Assembly (NCBI GenBank): GCA_040095065.1
Contig: JBBNGO010000006.1
Coordinates: 48,345 to 80,344, forward strand
Reading direction: 5' to 3'
Source of the DNA: Hominicoprocola fusiformis
Lineage (GTDB): Bacteria; Bacillota; Clostridia; Oscillospirales; Oscillospiraceae
Length of the DNA stretch: 32,000 nt
Shown: positions 30,389-32,000 of the stretch, piece after piece
Layout of the letters: every line of letters begins with the position of its first letter
How positions within the stretch are numbered: the first letter of the stretch is position 1
Made by a program: the position numbers and the translations under genes
Notes under the pieces: model-generated
What the model was told of the DNA's origin: nothing
Seen by the model: the letters and a program-made list of their open reading frames with translations, nothing else
The model's database searches: none

Positions 30389-32000
30389 AGAATGGAAAAT
30401 GGCTTGCTCTGTTGCTGGCACTTATGTTGAGCCTGAGTATGATATCCACAACCGCGTTTGCGGATTCTGATGCATGGGATGACTACACCCCCGAAGAATT
30501 CTCTGTCGGTGATGGTACCGAAGCAAATCCCTATCAGATCGCAAACACTGCACAATTTTATTACTTTACTCAGCACTGTGAAAATAAATACTATGTTTTG
30601 ACAAACGATATTGATCTTGAAGGCCGAGAATTTCCGATCATCAGTGAATTTGCCGGTGTGCTTGATGGAAATGGTCATAAGATTATCAATCTGAATATTA
30701 CATCCAGCACTTCTGAATATGCTGCCATGATTGCAACCTGCAGAGGCACGGTGAAAAATCTGTCTGTTTATGGTACAGTTGCATCTACTTCGCTGTATAC
30801 GGCGGCAATCGCAGGCAGACTGAGAGGCGGTACGATTGAGAACTGCCAAAACTATTGTACCGTCGATTCTTCACATAGCGGCGGTGCCTATGTTGGCGGT
30901 CTTGCCGGTTATGTGAGTGAAAAGGGCAAAATTTTAGACTGCGCGAATTATGGGAGCATCGGTAATAATGGCGGATATTATGTTGGTGGTATTGCAGGCT
31001 TTATTTTATACAACAGTCTTGAAAATGTAGATGATACTCCCTCTATTACTGGATGCTTGAATACAGCGAGCGTTTTCGGAAGCGAGGCAGGTGGTATTTG
31101 CGGACATCAGAGGGGAACAACCATCAGAGAATGTGTTAACACTGGCACAATAACCGGAAGAACCTATGTTGGCGGAATTGTAGGTCGTGCTTACGCCAAA
31201 AACTGCAAAATAATCTGGCACGAGGATGAGGATGACGAAAAAATCTATTATGAACAGAATTCGGCCTTTATTCACGACTGCTATAACACTGGCGAAATAT
31301 TGACTACCAGCGGTTACGGATGCGGCGGAATTGCAGGTAGCTTTACGCGGTGTAGCAGCTATAGTGATACCCATTCTCATCCTGATCCGCAGAACACATG
31401 TATGGGATTGAAAAACTGCTATAACGTTGGAAAAGTTACACAGCAGAATCCCAAAGGCTATAGCGGCGATATTCTGGGATATTTGAGTTATGAATGGAAA
31501 GTTTATTATATGCCCGCGCCTGAAGGGTGTTTATATCTTTCGGGCATTAACCCCGATGTAAATTCAAAAATTTCTGAATTTACCAAGAACAACGGTGGTG
31601 CTGAATGTTCTGAAAGCCAGCTTAAAGATCAGAACTTTTATACAGGCTATAACTTTAACTCTGTTTGGACATGGGATAACACCCGCGCTTACCCCTATGC
31701 AATTCTCCAAAGAGTTGACCTGCCACTGAGCGTTTGCAATCATAATTATGTGTTAACCAGCAGTACCGCGACTTGCACCGAAGCTGGTACAGCAACATAT
31801 ACTTGCACCAAATGCGGTGATAGCTATACCGAGGACGTACCGGCCAAGGGTCATACGGAAGTAATCGACGCAGCGGTTGAACCCACCTGCACGGAAACCG
31901 GCCTGACCGAAGGTAAGCACTGCTCTGTCTGCAATGAAGTTCTGGTTAAGCAGAATGTTGTTCCTGCCAAGGGCCATACGGAAGTGATCGACGCGGCGGT
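30385..32000 (+). CDS. Large secreted surface protein (partial, continues past the window): signal peptide, GLUG-motif repeats, then Cys-rich about 41-aa repeats
   Basis: My hand translation is open for all 538 codons to the window end. It is absent from the ORF track because no stop is reached. Signal peptide: MKNGKWLALLLALMLSLSMISTTAFA. Repeated ..YVGG(L/I)AG.. / GGI(A/C/V)G + NC/DC motifs (GLUG-like). C-terminal repeats: TC-TE-G...-C..C-...-PAKGH. Confidence 0.8.
   Translation, partial: MKNGKWLALLLALMLSLSMISTTAFADSDAWDDYTPEEFSVGDGTEANPYQIANTAQFYYFTQHCENKYYVLTNDIDLEGREFPIISEFAGVLDGNGHKIINLNITSSTSEYAAMIATCRGTVKNLSVYGTVASTSLYTAAIAGRLRGGTIENCQNYCTVDSSHSGGAYVGGLAGYVSEKGKILDCANYGSIGNNGGYYVGGIAGFILYNSLENVDDTPSITGCLNTASVFGSEAGGICGHQRGTTIRECVNTGTITGRTYVGGIVGRAYAKNCKIIWHEDEDDEKIYYEQNSAFIHDCYNTGEILTTSGYGCGGIAGSFTRCSSYSDTHSHPDPQNTCMGLKNCYNVGKVTQQNPKGYSGDILGYLSYEWKVYYMPAPEGCLYLSGINPDVNSKISEFTKNNGGAECSESQLKDQNFYTGYNFNSVWTWDNTRAYPYAILQRVDLPLSVCNHNYVLTSSTATCTEAGTATYTCTKCGDSYTEDVPAKGHTEVIDAAVEPTCTETGLTEGKHCSVCNEVLVKQNVVPAKGHTEVIDAA
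31843..32000 (+). repeat. Tandem 123-nt (41-codon) coding repeat
   Basis: GCCAAGGGTCATACGGAAGTAATCGACGCAGCGGT at 31843 and GCCAAGGGCCATACGGAAGTGATCGACGCGGCGGT at 31966, with only synonymous-looking differences. The repeat continues off-window. Confidence 0.75.

Larger units (their letters stand above)
25438..32000. mobile_element. Integrated element (prophage remnant / integrative mobilisable or PICI-like island), left end at tRNA-Val, right end beyond the window
   Basis: Composition changes abruptly at the tRNA 3' end. A tyrosine integrase is the first gene. The rest is an XRE switch, small phage-like ORFs, a GIY-YIG gene, wHTH and HTH genes and surface-protein cargo. Confidence 0.8.

Noticed and set aside
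30250-31977. Minus-strand ORFs 30250..30849, 31006..31380 and 31753..31977
   Set aside because: They are shadow frames of the uninterrupted plus-strand GLUG/Cys-repeat gene.
25438-32000. Second copy of the tRNA-Val 3' end (attR) inside the window
   Set aside because: I looked for TCCAGCAGTCTCCACCA-like sequence downstream of the integrase and did not see one. The right boundary must be beyond 32000, so the element size is unknown.
1-32000. CRISPR arrays, rRNA genes, IS transposases
   Set aside because: I found no regularly spaced 25-40-nt direct repeats with unique spacers, no rRNA signature stretches and no DDE/serine transposase-like ORFs. The only periodic repeats are the three hairpin units at 21.2 kb and the in-gene 123-nt repeat.

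Overview
The window has two parts.

(A) 1..~25437 is high-GC chromosome, about two-thirds G+C by eye (not computed). Gene content (spoIIP, sepF, divIVA, hfq, mutSL) suggests a spore-forming Clostridia-type Firmicute; that assignment is inference.
- A ~14 kb run of co-directional minus-strand housekeeping genes with very short gaps: rlmA, a HAD hydrolase, divIVA, sepF, yggS, an HlyD-like protein, hfq, miaA, mutL, a CPBP protease, mutS, an MBL-fold hydrolase and miaB.
- A 505-aa orphan protein.
- A metal-resistance locus: an unusual ArsR-AraC fusion regulator transcribed divergently from a stand-alone HMA metal-binding protein plus a P1B-type ATPase.
- A 3-gene cassette (C-N hydrolase, membrane protein, anchored protein) bracketed by inverted copies of a modular intergenic repeat.
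- xpt, spoIIP and a guanine-type purine riboswitch in front of a guanine deaminase.
- A tRNA-Met/Glu/Val operon.

(B) 25438..32000 is visibly lower-GC DNA that starts exactly at the 3' end of tRNA-Val and runs off the window.
- It encodes a tyrosine integrase, a Cro/CI-like XRE regulator behind a face-to-face promoter/operator region, a leftward cluster of small genes, a winged-helix protein, a small HTH protein and a large secreted GLUG-repeat/Cys-repeat surface protein (partial).

The most unusual signal is in the leftward island cluster. Five TAG codons lie in-frame in three consecutive small genes, one of them a GIY-YIG nuclease domain split in two. In each case the frame stays open until a stop next to the following feature. 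This is either a decaying element or amber read-through/recoding.

No CRISPR array, rRNA or transposase was seen. All coordinates were derived by hand from the sequence and the ORF track. All family assignments rest on recognised motifs, not on database searches.
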